64,000 nucleotides of DNA. Source: Halocafeteria seosinensis (taxonomy: Eukaryota). The stretch lies in NCBI GenBank assembly GCA_001687465.1, contig LVLI01000305.1, positions 1-64,000 on the forward strand. The letters run 5' to 3'. The notes beneath the pieces are model-generated. The model saw only the letters and a list, made by a program, of their open reading frames with translations. It searched no databases and was not told where the DNA came from. This document shows positions 50,827 through 63,362 of the stretch, in pieces; the stretch's first letter is position 1, and each line of letters starts with the position of its first letter. The position numbers and the translations under genes are program-made.

Positions 50827-52518
50827 ATGCATCGAAGCCTTGAGGAAGACCCATATTCGCTTATTGGGTGGGTTTTTGAGGAAGAGGTTAACATTCCTGG
50901 AACAGCGAGTATACCAAAGGTTCGAGAAGACTCAAGTCCGAAGAAGAATCAGCTATGGTTCGATATGTCATTGATGGGTAAGCTAACGTGTGACATGGAA
51001 CTCCGTTATTTCGCTATGTTTTACTATGGCGTTCGCCCCTTCAAAACTAACAGATGCGAGAGCATTTCATCGGTTCTTCATGCGCTATGATCCTGAACTT
51101 AATACAGCAATAACAGCTCGTATGTTTGCGAAATACGCAAAGCGACTGAGCAAGTTTGACTCGCCGGAGCATGGAGGACAAAAACAAGAAAATGAAACGT
51201 AAGCGAAGAGTCCTCATTCTGAAGCATTCCCAAATGATTAGTGGACACCGTTTGCACCCTTATCAGAAGGAGTTTTCTCACGTTGGAAGGCTTCATCAAA
51301 GCCGTTGACGCTGTCATAAGGGAATCAGGGAAAGGTAAGTTAGACCCCATGACCTTATCTCTCCTGTGGACAGTATAACTGGCTTGGAAAACCTCGATAT
51401 TGACAGGGTCGTTCGAAAGTTGGATCGCCAAAAATATTTCTACTAGATACAAGAACAAAACGAATTCTCCTTCGCGCAACTCAAAATATTTGGGGACCCC
51501 TCCTAGGAGGGCTTCTTTGGGTTCGACACGAGGATCTACTACCAGCAGTGTCACACACAGCGAAGTTGCAGAGGTCCGCGAAAAGCCTGAGGAGAAAGAG
51601 AACGCAGAAACTCAACAAAAAAAAGTGGAGAGTCCTACTCAAGATGGAGAAAGGGATTTCACCAGTCACAACAAAGGGAATGTTAGTTATGGAGCAGGAA
51701 TCGGGTCTCCTAGTTTTAGAACTTATCCCCGTGACCTGGACAACAGTGAAACAATTGCCAGTTCATACAACGGCTCAGAGGATGAGCATTCAGGAACCTC
51801 TTTAAGAAAGAAAAGATATACTGCTTTTCTCAACAAGTTTCCACGACAATCAGTCTCTGCTGAAGGCAGTCGTCGATCCACAACGGCCGGATCTCGTCTG
51901 TCCTTCACCCAAAGGGATCTCAGCGATGTGTTCAAAGAATATCCAACAATGACTGAGAAAACAGCGGAAGTAATAGTAAGATCGAACGCATGCAGCAACG
52001 GACAAATCGAGAGCTACGCTACAAGAAAGCCTAGCATTAAACCTCGTGAATTGCAGCACAGAAGAATTTTAGGTATTGCTCTAGATGGAACCGTAGATAG
52101 AAAACTCGGGTACTTCATCAGTCCTCTACGCGAAGATCTGTGGACCGAAGCTACCCGTTACATTCCAGGTGATGAAACCACCAAGAGCTGGAATGGGTCA
52201 GGAAAGGCGCCTAGTGACACAGTACCTTCTTATGCTTACAAACATGCAGCCGAGTGCTCTCGACGAAGCGGAAAGGGAAATGTGTTCGATAGGCTAACCG
52301 ATGTTCGTGGGTATACAGGTACCCACAGACACAGATTCGATATGAAAACTGGTAACGGCCGAGGACTGATTGGTCGGGATCAGCCTGGGACCGACATTGA
52401 GGCAACATCAGCTTGCTTTGAGGCTGGAGTTCTGCCTTCGTACTCCCACAATGTGACCCGCATGGCAAGTCCTATCATTGGAGGATCTTGGAACAAAAAA
52501 GCATCCCATCGACTATGA
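50827..52518 (+). CDS. TPPP/p25alpha-like microtubule-associated protein, multi-exon
   Basis: C-terminal NVFDRLTDVRGYTGTHRHRFDMKTGNGRGLIGRD is the p25alpha signature (RLTD..YTG.H..RF...G.GRG..GR). N-terminal exons M|DARAFHRF...FLTLEGFIKAV may be the first half of the domain. Start uncertain. Confidence 0.7.
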
Positions 52519-52562
52519 AAACGCGTATACATCATACACTGAATTTATATGTCAAATTAATA

Positions 52563-54122
52563 TTACCACGTCTCTTCATCACTTTCAGAATTATTTTCAT
52601 CGTCATCTTCAGCGTCTTGATTGTTACCAGAACTGCCTGTGGCAGCAGCGCCATTACTTGTAGCATTTTGCTGATTTTCACCCGCCATCAAGTATCGCTT
52701 CTTCGCTTGCAAGGCTTGCTTCATTATATCAATCTTCTGTGCATCCCGGCGAACCTCGTCCACTCGTTCTTCGAAGAAACTCTTGAGAGTCTTCACATCA
52801 GCGAACACATCTATATCCAACTTTACACCACTACGTCGCAACGCCTCGTCGAGCCTTCGCAGACTATCCTCGGCCACTTGAAGCTTCCTCTCTAGGCGTT
52901 TCCTCTGTCTCTGCTCCCTCTGTAACCTATCAGAGTTTTCTTGTACTTCCTGTAATTTCTTTTCCATATTATCTTTCTCGATGGACATGGCTTCCAGACT
53001 ACTTCTGAGTTCTTCCTGATTTTGATTCATGGTGGTAACCTCTTCCTCCAAGGCTGACCTTTCCTCCGCCAACCGTTCTTTTTCTTGTTCAAGCTTTTCT
53101 GCCTTCTTCTTCAATTCTTCTCGTTCTTCCTCAGTCATATCTACATTAGATTGTTGTTGCTCCAGCTGTGCCTTTTTCGCAGCTTCTTCTGCTTCTTCTG
53201 CTGCTTTTCTCTTCGCCTCAAGCTGCTTTTCAGTTTCACTTTGTTGCTCCTTCAATTTCTGCTCTAGCTCCTCTCTTTCTTTTTGCATTTGATTCTCAAG
53301 CTCTTCCACCTTTTCTTTCATTTCCTCTGTTTGCTTAGCTTCTTCTGCCAGGCGTTTCTTTTCCTCCTGCTCTTCCCTAAGCTTGAGCGCGTTTTGTTGG
53401 AGTTCCTCTGCATCAGCAGATGCCACATACGCATGCACGTCTTACATCCACTCATTTCACGCCCACTCATACATACCTAACGCCTTGTTCTTTTCTTCTT
53501 CGGCCGCCGTTCCTTCCGCCTGTAGTTTTTCAATCATTGAGTCTCCTAGTAGAGCGTTCTCCATAGTTCTGCGGAGGCAACCATGGAGTAGATGAACAAG
53601 CGCCCACCACTCCGTCGAAACAGCTTGTCACGTACACTCGACCGCAGTCGTTTAAGGTCTCGAGCCACGCTTTCTGCTCATCAGCCGATTCACAAGCCAA
53701 GACAAGCTGACGACCTACGTAAAAATCCGGATGCGACACCTTCAATCCAAATTTGCATCCTTTAGGACCACGTTCGCACTTCTCTGTAGTACATCCTCCG
53801 AGGGGGATTACTCCCTGCGTTACGAGCTCTATATAAGAAGGGATCTAACGACAACATACCGAGGCAAGAAGCAACGTACCTTCACTTTAGTATCAAAATG
53901 TTGAGAATCTGGCGATTTATTTGGAGAGTAGAATAGCAAGAAGCCATCTTTCGCAACAAACAGTCGTTTTTGCCAGCGCTCAGAATCAGGTCTGCATGCA
54001 GTGGAGACTCGGTGAAAAAGGTTAGCAAAGACATTAGATGTGTGTACCAATGCTTACTTGGACATTGGCAACTTGTACAAGTAGCCAGCACGCTGATGCT
54101 TAGCTCTTATGTCACCTGACAT
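52563..54122 (-). CDS. PLEKHD1: PH-domain plus coiled-coil protein, PLEKHD1-like, multi-exon
   Basis: AGYLYKLP...WQKRLFVAKDGFLLFY...K|GVIPLGGC...KVSHPDF...LACESADEQKAWLETL..CGRV|TMENALLGDSMIEKL; C-terminal LKSFFEE...IMK as in PLEKHD1. Confidence 0.75.
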
Positions 54123-56394
54123 TTCCTCGCTGGCCTTGGTTGAGCCACTTTGTCACAGGCTATACGTGTGGACGAAAGCAAAGCTGACAGAGATAAAAAA
54201 AAAAAACCTCCACGGCTTTCTTCTCTCAAATAAAGGCAAAAGAATGTCTACAGAACGGCTAACACACCCAAATATTGACAAGGTGCGTACGCTGGTTTGT
54301 TCTGAGCGGGCCGTCTGTAGAGGTGCTCCGAAGAGACAAGAAGGGCAAACTCGTGCTAAAACAAGCGCGACGCCTTCAAAAGAAGACTTTCCGAATAGTA
54401 GGCCTCACTCACACTCCCTGTATTATGCTGTAGAGTGGTTCAAAGGGACAAGAAAGGACTTCGACCCTCCCTTGTCGAAGAACGACGAAAAGCAAGTTGG
54501 CAGAGTTGGGTTGAATACCAGCACTAGTGTAGCCCTGCACAGCTAATTTGTAGGATCCAACGCGATACTAGAATATATCAGCTGTCGCATAAAAGAAGTG
54601 TAACGATCCTTGGAAACGCAAGGTACTAATGCCACCTGGAGCACCGAATGGCAGATTCGGGGATAACGTTGGCGCCCTGCCGGCTGCGGAAAGGGAAAGT
54701 CAGTGGTACAACGTGGATCACAGACTGCAACTTGGGTGTGCGTCGACATGCACACTATAGTACACGTATCTGCGAATGATGGAGATCTACCAATACAATG
54801 ATAGAAGTAGTATCACAGGATACTTCTTCGCGGAAAGCCACCCGGTGAATGTTTCGAGAACTTCAAGTCGCAGAGTTGTTCAATTACAGGGTAACACAGT
54901 TGCACATCCCACGTATGGGGTAAGAGAGGTGTAGAGTTTAGAGTTACGTCAAGTGTTTGGATGCTTTTCTCACTCGTTATGGCCTTGACCAAGAACCGAT
55001 TATAGCTTGTGGTGTACAGGCAGTGCCCGGAGTAAGGGGCTTCAACAACCAACCAAGGAGCCAAGGACAACATCACTAACCATGATGCAACCCATACCTT
55101 AATCTTGTTTTCCGAAGTAATGAGCGATGCGATATGAACAGAGATTGCCCCAAATGCTTCGCCGTCTCTGCCTTCGCATCTCCAACTCCAAAGCATTAAA
55201 AGGAGTACGTTGTATACCAAATGTAGACGATGCCAAACGAAGGAAAGAGTGCTTAGACCATGTTGTCTTCCTCCTCTTGGCGTTAGCAACAGCGGTAACT
55301 TTGTTCAGTTTAGAACACAGAGAAACGCCGTCTCATGTATGGTGACTCGGGGCGATATCTGGTTACGCTACTGGTAAGATTGATGGAATCGTTTCCACAA
55401 CGATCTTCACGCTACGGCCGGCAAGTTCCTGTCGTCATTCTCTCAGTTCTCTTTCTCGTAAATGCACATTGTATGAGTATTTCAGGCGTCTCCTGGGACG
55501 AATCCGCACCATGATTCATCATCCAGATTATCCACGTGGCCAGAAAACTGCTGTGTACCATCGTGGACCACGTTTAGTTGCTTGCAAGGCTCTAAGCTCG
55601 ATATCCTACCTACAGTTTGCACTCTGCATGCCAATTTGCGTTCTTCGTCCTACCCCGTAGAGAAAAATCACTCATATGACCCGTAACTTACTCTGTGCCC
55701 AAGGCTAAGAAGACTAGGAGTTTATCAAGCAACCAGCAGACTGCATAACTCCTTCCTATTCTGAGTTCTCTAGGGCCGAAGTCTGCTCTATCAGATGAAC
55801 AACGTGTATTACGCAGGGCACGCGCCCATATGTGATCAATCGATAGCCGTAATATTATCCATCTCAGTCTGTGATTCTCAGGCAAGCGCGGGTTGTGAAG
55901 GTCTGTTGCGGCGACGTCCTGGTGAACTGCTCCTTTATACCGGTAATGTTTGGTTACAGTGAAACGCGCTCGGATAGACACGTTGTCCTAATAAATTCCA
56001 TACAGAGAGAGAATAGCGCATTGTTAGTGATCTGCCCTGGGTTATTTTGTACGGAGTGCTGCTGGTGAAGGCACGCGTACTCTGAAGGTGACGTTTTTGT
56101 CGGTCTCTATTCTCAATGTAAGTGGGTTTTATGAATGTACTTTGCTCCATGTAAATTCTCTATAGCGTCAGTTATATATAGAGGAGTGTCGCTGTCTCTG
56201 GCTACCAGCAGCCGATAGGGGTAGATTCAAGGCACGAGCCTTGCCTTTTGTTACTGTGTCAGATGAGTGTTTATGGCTTAACTCATGCTATGCAGATATC
56301 GTACGTGTTTTAGATTATAGATTGAAAGATCGGTGTATTACATTCTGAGACGATAGAAGGAACGGGGACGAAGATCAGCTGCAGAACGCAACAC

Positions 56395-57756
56395 ATGACA
56401 TCCGCCACAAGCACGACTACCACCACGAGTACGGAACTTCACGATTCAAAACAGGACTCATCAACGTGGGTAATGGATCCTGATTGGGAGGAATATACCC
56501 CAGAAAAGGGATCATTTGTGCATCATATGATCGCGGGGAGTGCAGCTGGTATAGCTGAACATGTAAGTTAACGAGGACTCTTGAGATTTCGATCCGTGTG
56601 TTCTCACGCGGAAAGCTGTGTTCGCTGGATGCTCTTGCAGGTGGGCATGTTTCCCTTAGATACATGGCGAGTAAGTTTTTTGCATTCATTCCGTATTTGG
56701 CACTGCTTTCTTAATTGAACTGGATGTCGTGTACAACTACAGACGTTTACCCAAGTACATCGCGGTAAATCCCCATCAATTACGTTTGCCAAGCTTCTGA
56801 AGCAATATGGATTTTGGAGGCTATGGAGAGGAGCCCCAGTAATGATAACGGCATGCGTCCCGTCGCATGCCGCTTATTTCAGTGTATATGAGGTTGCTAA
56901 ACGTGAACTAGGAGTAAATCAACCGGGGCACCATCCGTTATCAGCAGGCTTGGCAGGCGCTTTGGCTACAATAATGCATGATGCGATCATTACACCCATG
57001 GACGTGATAAAGCAGAGATTGCAACTTGGCTATTATTCTGGTTTACTTGGATGCATGAAAGACATTTATACATCGGAAGGAATTCCTGCCTTCTTTCGCA
57101 GCTACCCCACAACGTTACTGATGAACATCCCCTACGCTAGCGTTGTGGTCGCTACCAACGAGAGTATGAAACAAGTGCTACAGCCTCATGGTATACAGGA
57201 TATGCACTCCTATCTAATCAGTGGAGCAGTTGCTGGTGCAGTGGCTGCAATAGCGACGAATCCCCTAGATGTCTTAAAAACTCGTCTCCAGACTCAGCGA
57301 TGCTGTGCACCAGCCTTCAACGCTGATACACCTCCGCTAGATGGTGCCTGTAAGGCCGATCAATCAACTGAATGTCCTGTAACCTCGGAAGCAGCAAAAC
57401 AGGGAGGGCATGGTTCCTATAGTCAACCCGCAGCAGCAACGGCTAAAGCGAGCGGTGACGGTATGCACGGTTCTAATACAATGCGTCATTCGGGGGCGCC
57501 GACCGTCAAACCTTCGGGTGGTGGCAAAGCCAGCATTTATACAACCACGCGGCTCTTGGAGAAAGCAGCCCCGCAGTATCTCGGTCTGGTTGATACGACA
57601 AAGAAACTCATAGCAGAGGATGGATACAGAGGTTTCATGAAAGGGGTAAATGCCAGGATACTTACACATACACCAAGTATGGCAATTTCATGGGGAACCT
57701 ATGAATTCATCAAACATTTTCTGGCAGAACATTTTCCAGCTTCTGGATCAACATAA
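56395..57756 (+). CDS. Mitochondrial carrier, mitoferrin (MRS3/4, SLC25A28/37)-like
   Basis: DWEEY...HMIAGSAAGIAEH|VGMFPLDT; PSHAAYFSVYE; HDAIITPMDVIKQRLQ; FFRSYPTTLLMNIPY; NPLDVLKTRLQ. Confidence 0.9.
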
Positions 57757-57841
57757 TGCACAATAGACTCCCTAAGAAACTCCCACAGTTCCACCCGCAC
57801 GCTTATTCGTCTCTTTACCTCAAGATTCAGATTATGCCTCC

Positions 57842-58009
57842 TTATCTATGGGAAGGATGAATCAACGCTTGTGTCCCAATGGGGTTGCTCCAACACTTTT
57901 TGGGGTCTTGATGTTGAAGTTTGTACCACCTCCAGTACAAGATAGCTATTACAAGGAGCACGAGCACGACTGCAGCCCCTACAATAGTTGCAATAACTGC
58001 AGTTGACAT
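57842..58009 (-). CDS. Putative 55-aa single-pass membrane microprotein
   Basis: MSTAVIATIVGAAVVLVLLVIAILYWRWYK...: a ~22-residue hydrophobic stretch followed by aromatic and basic residues; fills the gap between mitoferrin and ZNHIT2. Confidence 0.45.
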   Translation of the reverse strand: MSTAVIATIVGAAVVLVLLVIAILYWRWYKLQHQDPKKCWSNPIGTQALIHPSHR

Positions 58010-58079
58010 TTGCGCACTCACCTGTCTTTTGCTGTGCATGCATATATTTGAGAGCGCCTGACAAACCTGCTTAATTGTG

Positions 58080-59805
58080 ATGGAGTCGCCTCACCGCCGC
58101 GTTTGTATTGTGTACGTATTGGTCTCCTACTACAAGACAGGGTGATACACTTTTAATATATATTTTATTTTACTTTAATGTTCCGTCTTTCTGCAGATGC
58201 CAAAGGACTAGCTCCAAATATACGTGTCCGAAATGCAGCACGCCATTTTGCTCGAGTTCTTGCTACAAAGTGAGTTCTTTGGAAGCCTTATACACGCATG
58301 GTTAATTTTGCTTGCTGACTGGTATTATCTTCTCCTTGGAATGAATGCAGAAACACTCGAGTGAATGCACAGAGTTCTTTTATAAAACACACATTGACGA
58401 ACATGTACCCGTGTCGGACGTGCTACACGACCATGTCAAGCAGAAGACATTGGATGTTTTAAGGAGGGAAGGATTGCACTATAATCAACACCCTGATGGA
58501 GAGCATGCTAACGGGGATGGCGTTAACTCGAACCCCTGTAATTACGAGGATGAAGAGGAGGGAAGCCAGCAGACTCAGCAGCAACATTATGAGAGTCAGA
58601 ATTCATGCTTTGAATTGAGCGATAGGTTGTATAAACTTGCGGTATCAGATAACCTCAACATCGATGATTTAAGCCGCGAAGAAAAAATCCAGTTTCGTCG
58701 TGCCCTTGTAAATGGCGAATTATCGAAATATGTGCCTGAGTGGGAGCCATGGTGGAAGAAGTCGGAGAAACAACACAATCGGATCGTACACAGGAAGCTT
58801 GGGAAAAGCTTTATTCAGGAGATACGTCCCAATTCTACAGAGCGAACATCTCAAAATTCAACGCGAGACAGTGAAATCCCAGATGACGCAAAGTTAAGTG
58901 GCTCGGATCCGGTGGAGGAAAGTCATTTAAGCAAAGAGGATTACAGGGCCGCTCAAGACATACTTCGCGACGTCAAGCGATACTGGGAAGAGGAAAGATT
59001 GACACCTTCCATAAAATGTTGTGCGAAACGAATTCCCATGCTCTCTGAACTGTACTCTGGGGAAGTATCTAAGGAGATAACCAATGATATCGTGAACGCT
59101 CTATTGTCCTATGCGTACACTGTCAGAACATACTATGGTGACGTCGACTCCAACGTAGAAGAAGTGGCGGAAGTTTTCATAAATTGCTCTTCAGTTCTTA
59201 ATGAGAAGCAGCACTTTGCTAGCCTGGAGTCATCTGTAAATGAGGGAATAACTTCGATCTCGCGGCTTACCTCGTCGCTCTCTCGCCGGTCAATACTGAA
59301 GACCGCATCTATGCTGTTAACTGACGTTCGAGAAATTCTGAGCTGTTCAACGTTTGTCAAAGATGCAACATGGGATTGCTATCGCATCTTGGAAGCAGCG
59401 AAGAGATCTCTGAAGAACAGGAGTAGGGAGGCTTCTCAAGCGACGATAAGGGCCAATATATACAACAATGATGAGAATGATGATAGTCAGAAACATTGGG
59501 CACACAGCAATCTGCGGCGACACACGAGGAGATACAAGGAGATCGAAAATAAGCTATGGTTTATTTTAGCATATGTTTCAGACAGTACCAATCAAGAATC
59601 CCTAGAAAAGCTACGAGATGGGGTGGAATACTACCAAAAAGAGTACGAGTGGAAGATGAGAGATCAACGCGGTGGCGCGGAATATGAAAAGATCCTATCT
59701 TCAAATGCTACTGGTCAGGTTCCATTCATTTCTACTCTTGAAAGCTTCCAGGAAGTGAAGAAGCAAAATGAAAATACAGCTACGGATCTCAGCGAGATGG
59801 ACTGA
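58080..59805 (+). CDS. ZNHIT2: Zinc finger HIT domain protein 2
   Basis: Spliced MESPHRRVCIV|CQRTSSKYTCPKCSTPFCSSSCYK|KHSSECTEFFYK; LSREEKIQF...WEPWW; LLSYAYTVRTYYGD; KLWF. Confidence 0.85.
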
Positions 59806-59811
59806 AAAACC

Positions 59812-62742
59812 TCACTCCTCTTCTTCCTCGAGCTTGTTGAAATCAAATGGACGGAAAGGATAACCATCGGCGAAATAAAACTGCAATGGAAAAGAATGAT
59901 GTCAGATGACGGATACAATCTGACTACAGCGCGAAAGTTATGTTCAAACTTACCTTATTCTGAAACTCTACCCAATGCAACCGAAGGGCATGCAAAAAGC
60001 ACTCTAAACTCGACATAATCAACAAGACTCCGATTGTCACATGTGCCCACACGGCGTAGCCAACGAAAATAAAAATGACGCTGTCCATTTCGATCGTCGT
60101 TTTGAGAGCCTTGTCCCAGAACACTGCCGCGAGCTGCGAGTGAGCCAACGAGAGTGCCCATAAACGAAGGTACGAGGCGGTATTCGAAACAGCACCGAGC
60201 ACAAATTCAATCGTCTCGATTGCCTGATGTACCATTGTATCGCCGCAACTGAATTCTTCTTCCTCCTCGTGACCGCCTGTCTTCTCCGGCATTGAGACCG
60301 ACTCTCCTTCGACACTCTCTGTTTCTCCGTTTAGGGGCACATGTCCAAACCCGGAATCATGCTCTTGACCGTGCTCCGTCATTGACCGAGACTGCTTACT
60401 TTGTTTGTGATGTCGCCATTCAAAGAACGGTTTCACAAGAAGCATCCACGGGACACAGATGAAGGCAATCAAGAGGAGGTACATGTGCACACCTGATTGA
60501 CCGCTGTACAGAGGAGTGTCTACGGTACCGGGGGTTAGCACAATGCCAATCATCTGATCAATCAAGTTCGGGGCGGCGCCATTTGCCGGATTAGCCCAAT
60601 CGACGGCCCATTTGTAAATAATCAACAGCACCATGTAGCCGAACAACCCAACCATAAAAATAATTTGAGGGATACACTCCGCAAAGAATCCCAGAGCATC
60701 ACGGAAGTACCACGCATTACTAACTTTTAGGACGAGGCCGAATACCATCTGCGAAACTCCCAGCACGATGCTGAGCTTCATCTTCAGACTGTTCATGAAA
60801 AGGAGATCATTGGAGGCCACATGCCACGCTGGGTCAATTCCAAACGGGTAGACATCATCAGGATACCCATCACGAACCAGCATTGTCGTGTTCTGATGCT
60901 TGGCTTCATTAGGGGCAGTGTACCTAGAACCAAAAAGATTCACCCCCAGTCCAAAGACTTCGTTGTAGATCAATCCAGCATACATTGACATGAATCCCAT
61001 GATGATAAGCATGTACCTACCGTTGAAGCACATTTCCACGATTTCACCCAAAGACGATTTCTGCATTCCCTTTTCAAAGATAATCATAAGAGCGCTAGCG
61101 ATAATAATGCATGCTCCATGACCAGCATCCCCAAACATCACCCCGTACAAAAAAGGGAACGACACTAGTGCAAATAAAGCAGGGTTTGCTTCTTGATACC
61201 TTGGAACACCATAGGTATCGACGATTCCTTGGAAGATTGATGTGACCTTGTTCGTTTTGAAGTGGGTCGGGGGCGCAGGCCACGGCTTCTCGACCAAATC
61301 ATTGTAGTAAGGGAGTGGGTTACCACCTCCTGCAGGCCGATGGGCTTCTCGAAGTGCATCTTCAACCTTTTGGCTTTCATCTGTCAAAACCCATCCACGC
61401 ATATGCAACATTTCGTGGCCGGAGCGTTCGAACTTGTTCAGAGCATGATAAGTTGCTTTCTCTCGTATCACAGCCATTCTATAGTAATCATAGGACAAGC
61501 TGAAGCGCTCCAACTCCGACACAATTGTCTGCTTCCACTCACTCAGTGTGTGCAACTGGTGATTTATCTCGGTATCCAGCCCTTCAATTTGCCTGGACAC
61601 CATCTTCCGGTTCTCTTGACTTAACGAAAATTCAGGAATACTGTACTGCTTGCCAAAGCTGTCGCAGAGCCGTTTCAACCGTGATTCAAGAGACGGCAAA
61701 CGGTAAAAAACGACAAAAACACTCTTCTTGCAAGTGTGTTGGTGCTCATCGAGCAAGTTCATTTCTACGTCGCCAAAACGAACATACGCCTGTCTCTTAG
61801 ATACACGAGTAACCATTCGCTCAAAACGAAGCTTGTCTTGTTGTTTGATGATTCCCGCAAGATGATGAAAATGATATTCACTGCAACTTACAAAATAAAA
61901 CCTAGTTAGCCATGTAAACAGGTACCGTTGACGACGGAGGTGCCACTCACGTATCCATTGCGGTAGGAGCTGCTCGCGAGGTGGCATACGATGCTTCACC
62001 GACGTCACCACTCTTCTCCTCGGCTTCTACAAGCCGCTGATCCGATCCTTCTTCATCATACACGGAGCGGAAATCATGAGGAGAATCATGGGACTGAGCG
62101 GACAGTCCGTAGGATTTCGAAGTCACATCAATATCATCAACATTCGCATGAGCATGTTGTTCACCTTCTTCGAAATCGTAGAATTCTTTCGCTTTCTGCA
62201 CGACGGCCCTCTGTTCGATCAAATTGTAGACACGAGGAGCAAGATCATCGCGCATATTCAAAGACTCTTTGAACCTTGAGTGTTGAACTTGTAGCTCATC
62301 TTCCATCGCTTCTAAAAGGCTGCGTCGTGCCCCACGTTGAGCCAAGAAGTTGTTTTTCCACGTTTCGAATTCTCCTTCAGTGCGGGTTATCTTCTCAACT
62401 CCAAATTGATCCATGGCACGACTGTATTCTCTCAAGATACCTTCTAAGTCATTGCACCGGCGAACAAAGGGAGTGTACTCTCGCTTAAAGGCGGTAGTGT
62501 CTCCCAACATCTGTGGTTACAGGCAGAACACATACAGAATGTAAGATGTAGTTAAGGCAAGAAACATTTCATCAACTTTGCATGTATGCAACACGTACAT
62601 CAGTGAATTCCATGACGCCATCCTTCCCCAGTTGCTGGACACAATCATGAGCTACGTGCTCTCGAATGAATATTGAGCGCAACTCCATTGGTTCCGAGCG
62701 GAACCAAGAGCCCCCTTTCTTGGGCGCAGTTGCTTCCGTCAT
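59812..62742 (-). CDS. V-type ATPase V0 subunit a, multi-exon
   Basis: WFRSEPM; FKREYT..VRRC; PPTHFKTNK...YGVPRYQEANP; FPFLYGVMFGDAGHG; NSLKMK; SNTASYLRLWALSLAH; LHALRLHWVEFQNK|FYFADGY. Confidence 0.96.
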
Positions 62743-62973
62743 TCTATCGTAATAAAATGCTCTATAATGCGTCCAAAGCACGCAGCAAAAGGTGCAATTG
62801 TTGTGTTCTTCGTGGTTTTTTCCCGGTATACGCAGCTTTCCAAGGAATCTCACTGCTATCAGTAGACACCTTGGCAGAATAAGAAAAGAGATGGGCGTTC
62901 CTTATTCGGAAATGAGGTGTATGAGGCGCTCTATGGGGCTCACAATACCTCCATATCTTGCTTGAATTCCACT

Positions 62974-63230
62974 TTCTCCAGGGGATGGACCGCCCCTCCG
63001 TGGGGCGCCGGCGGTGCCGCGCCTTTTCCGCACAGAGCCGGACACACAGATGCACAAAAAACATTGGTCGTTGCCAACAGAGGGCCTCCCAAGGGGAGGG
63101 AAACGACCAAGGGACTAGACCCCCTGTGCCCCCTAGGCAACGATAATGTGGCTGGCAGCGCGGTGCGGAAAGCAGAGAGCTGCTCCGGGCGGCAGCCCCC
63201 CCCCCTTTGGAGAAGGAGTCTTTCGGACTC
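62974..63230. other. GC-rich nested inverted-repeat element (candidate structured RNA) between V-ATPase a and A genes
   Basis: Nested complementary pairs 62974-80/63208-14, 62990-95/63187-92, 63025-33/63163-71, 63064-72/63102-10, 63085-89/63095-99, plus hairpin 63216-30. Confidence 0.5.
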
Positions 63231-63362
63231 TGATACAGTTCCATGTTGACCGTTTTGGAGACTTTTTATTCAGGCAAACGAGATTATATACCTTTGTCTG
63301 TCGAGTTGTGTGCGTGTGTACGTGTTGGTTTGTTTCTTGTGGTGCAAAACACGTAGCAAAAT

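Noticed and set aside
42545..53292. Ser/Phe/Leu-rich antisense ORFs (e.g. 42545-42952, 47506-48102, 53029-53292)
   Set aside because: Mirror frames of Glu/Lys-rich or low-complexity coding sequence on the other strand
54130..56394. Iron-responsive element upstream of mitoferrin
   Set aside because: CAGTG occurrences lack the required 5-bp upper stem and C bulge
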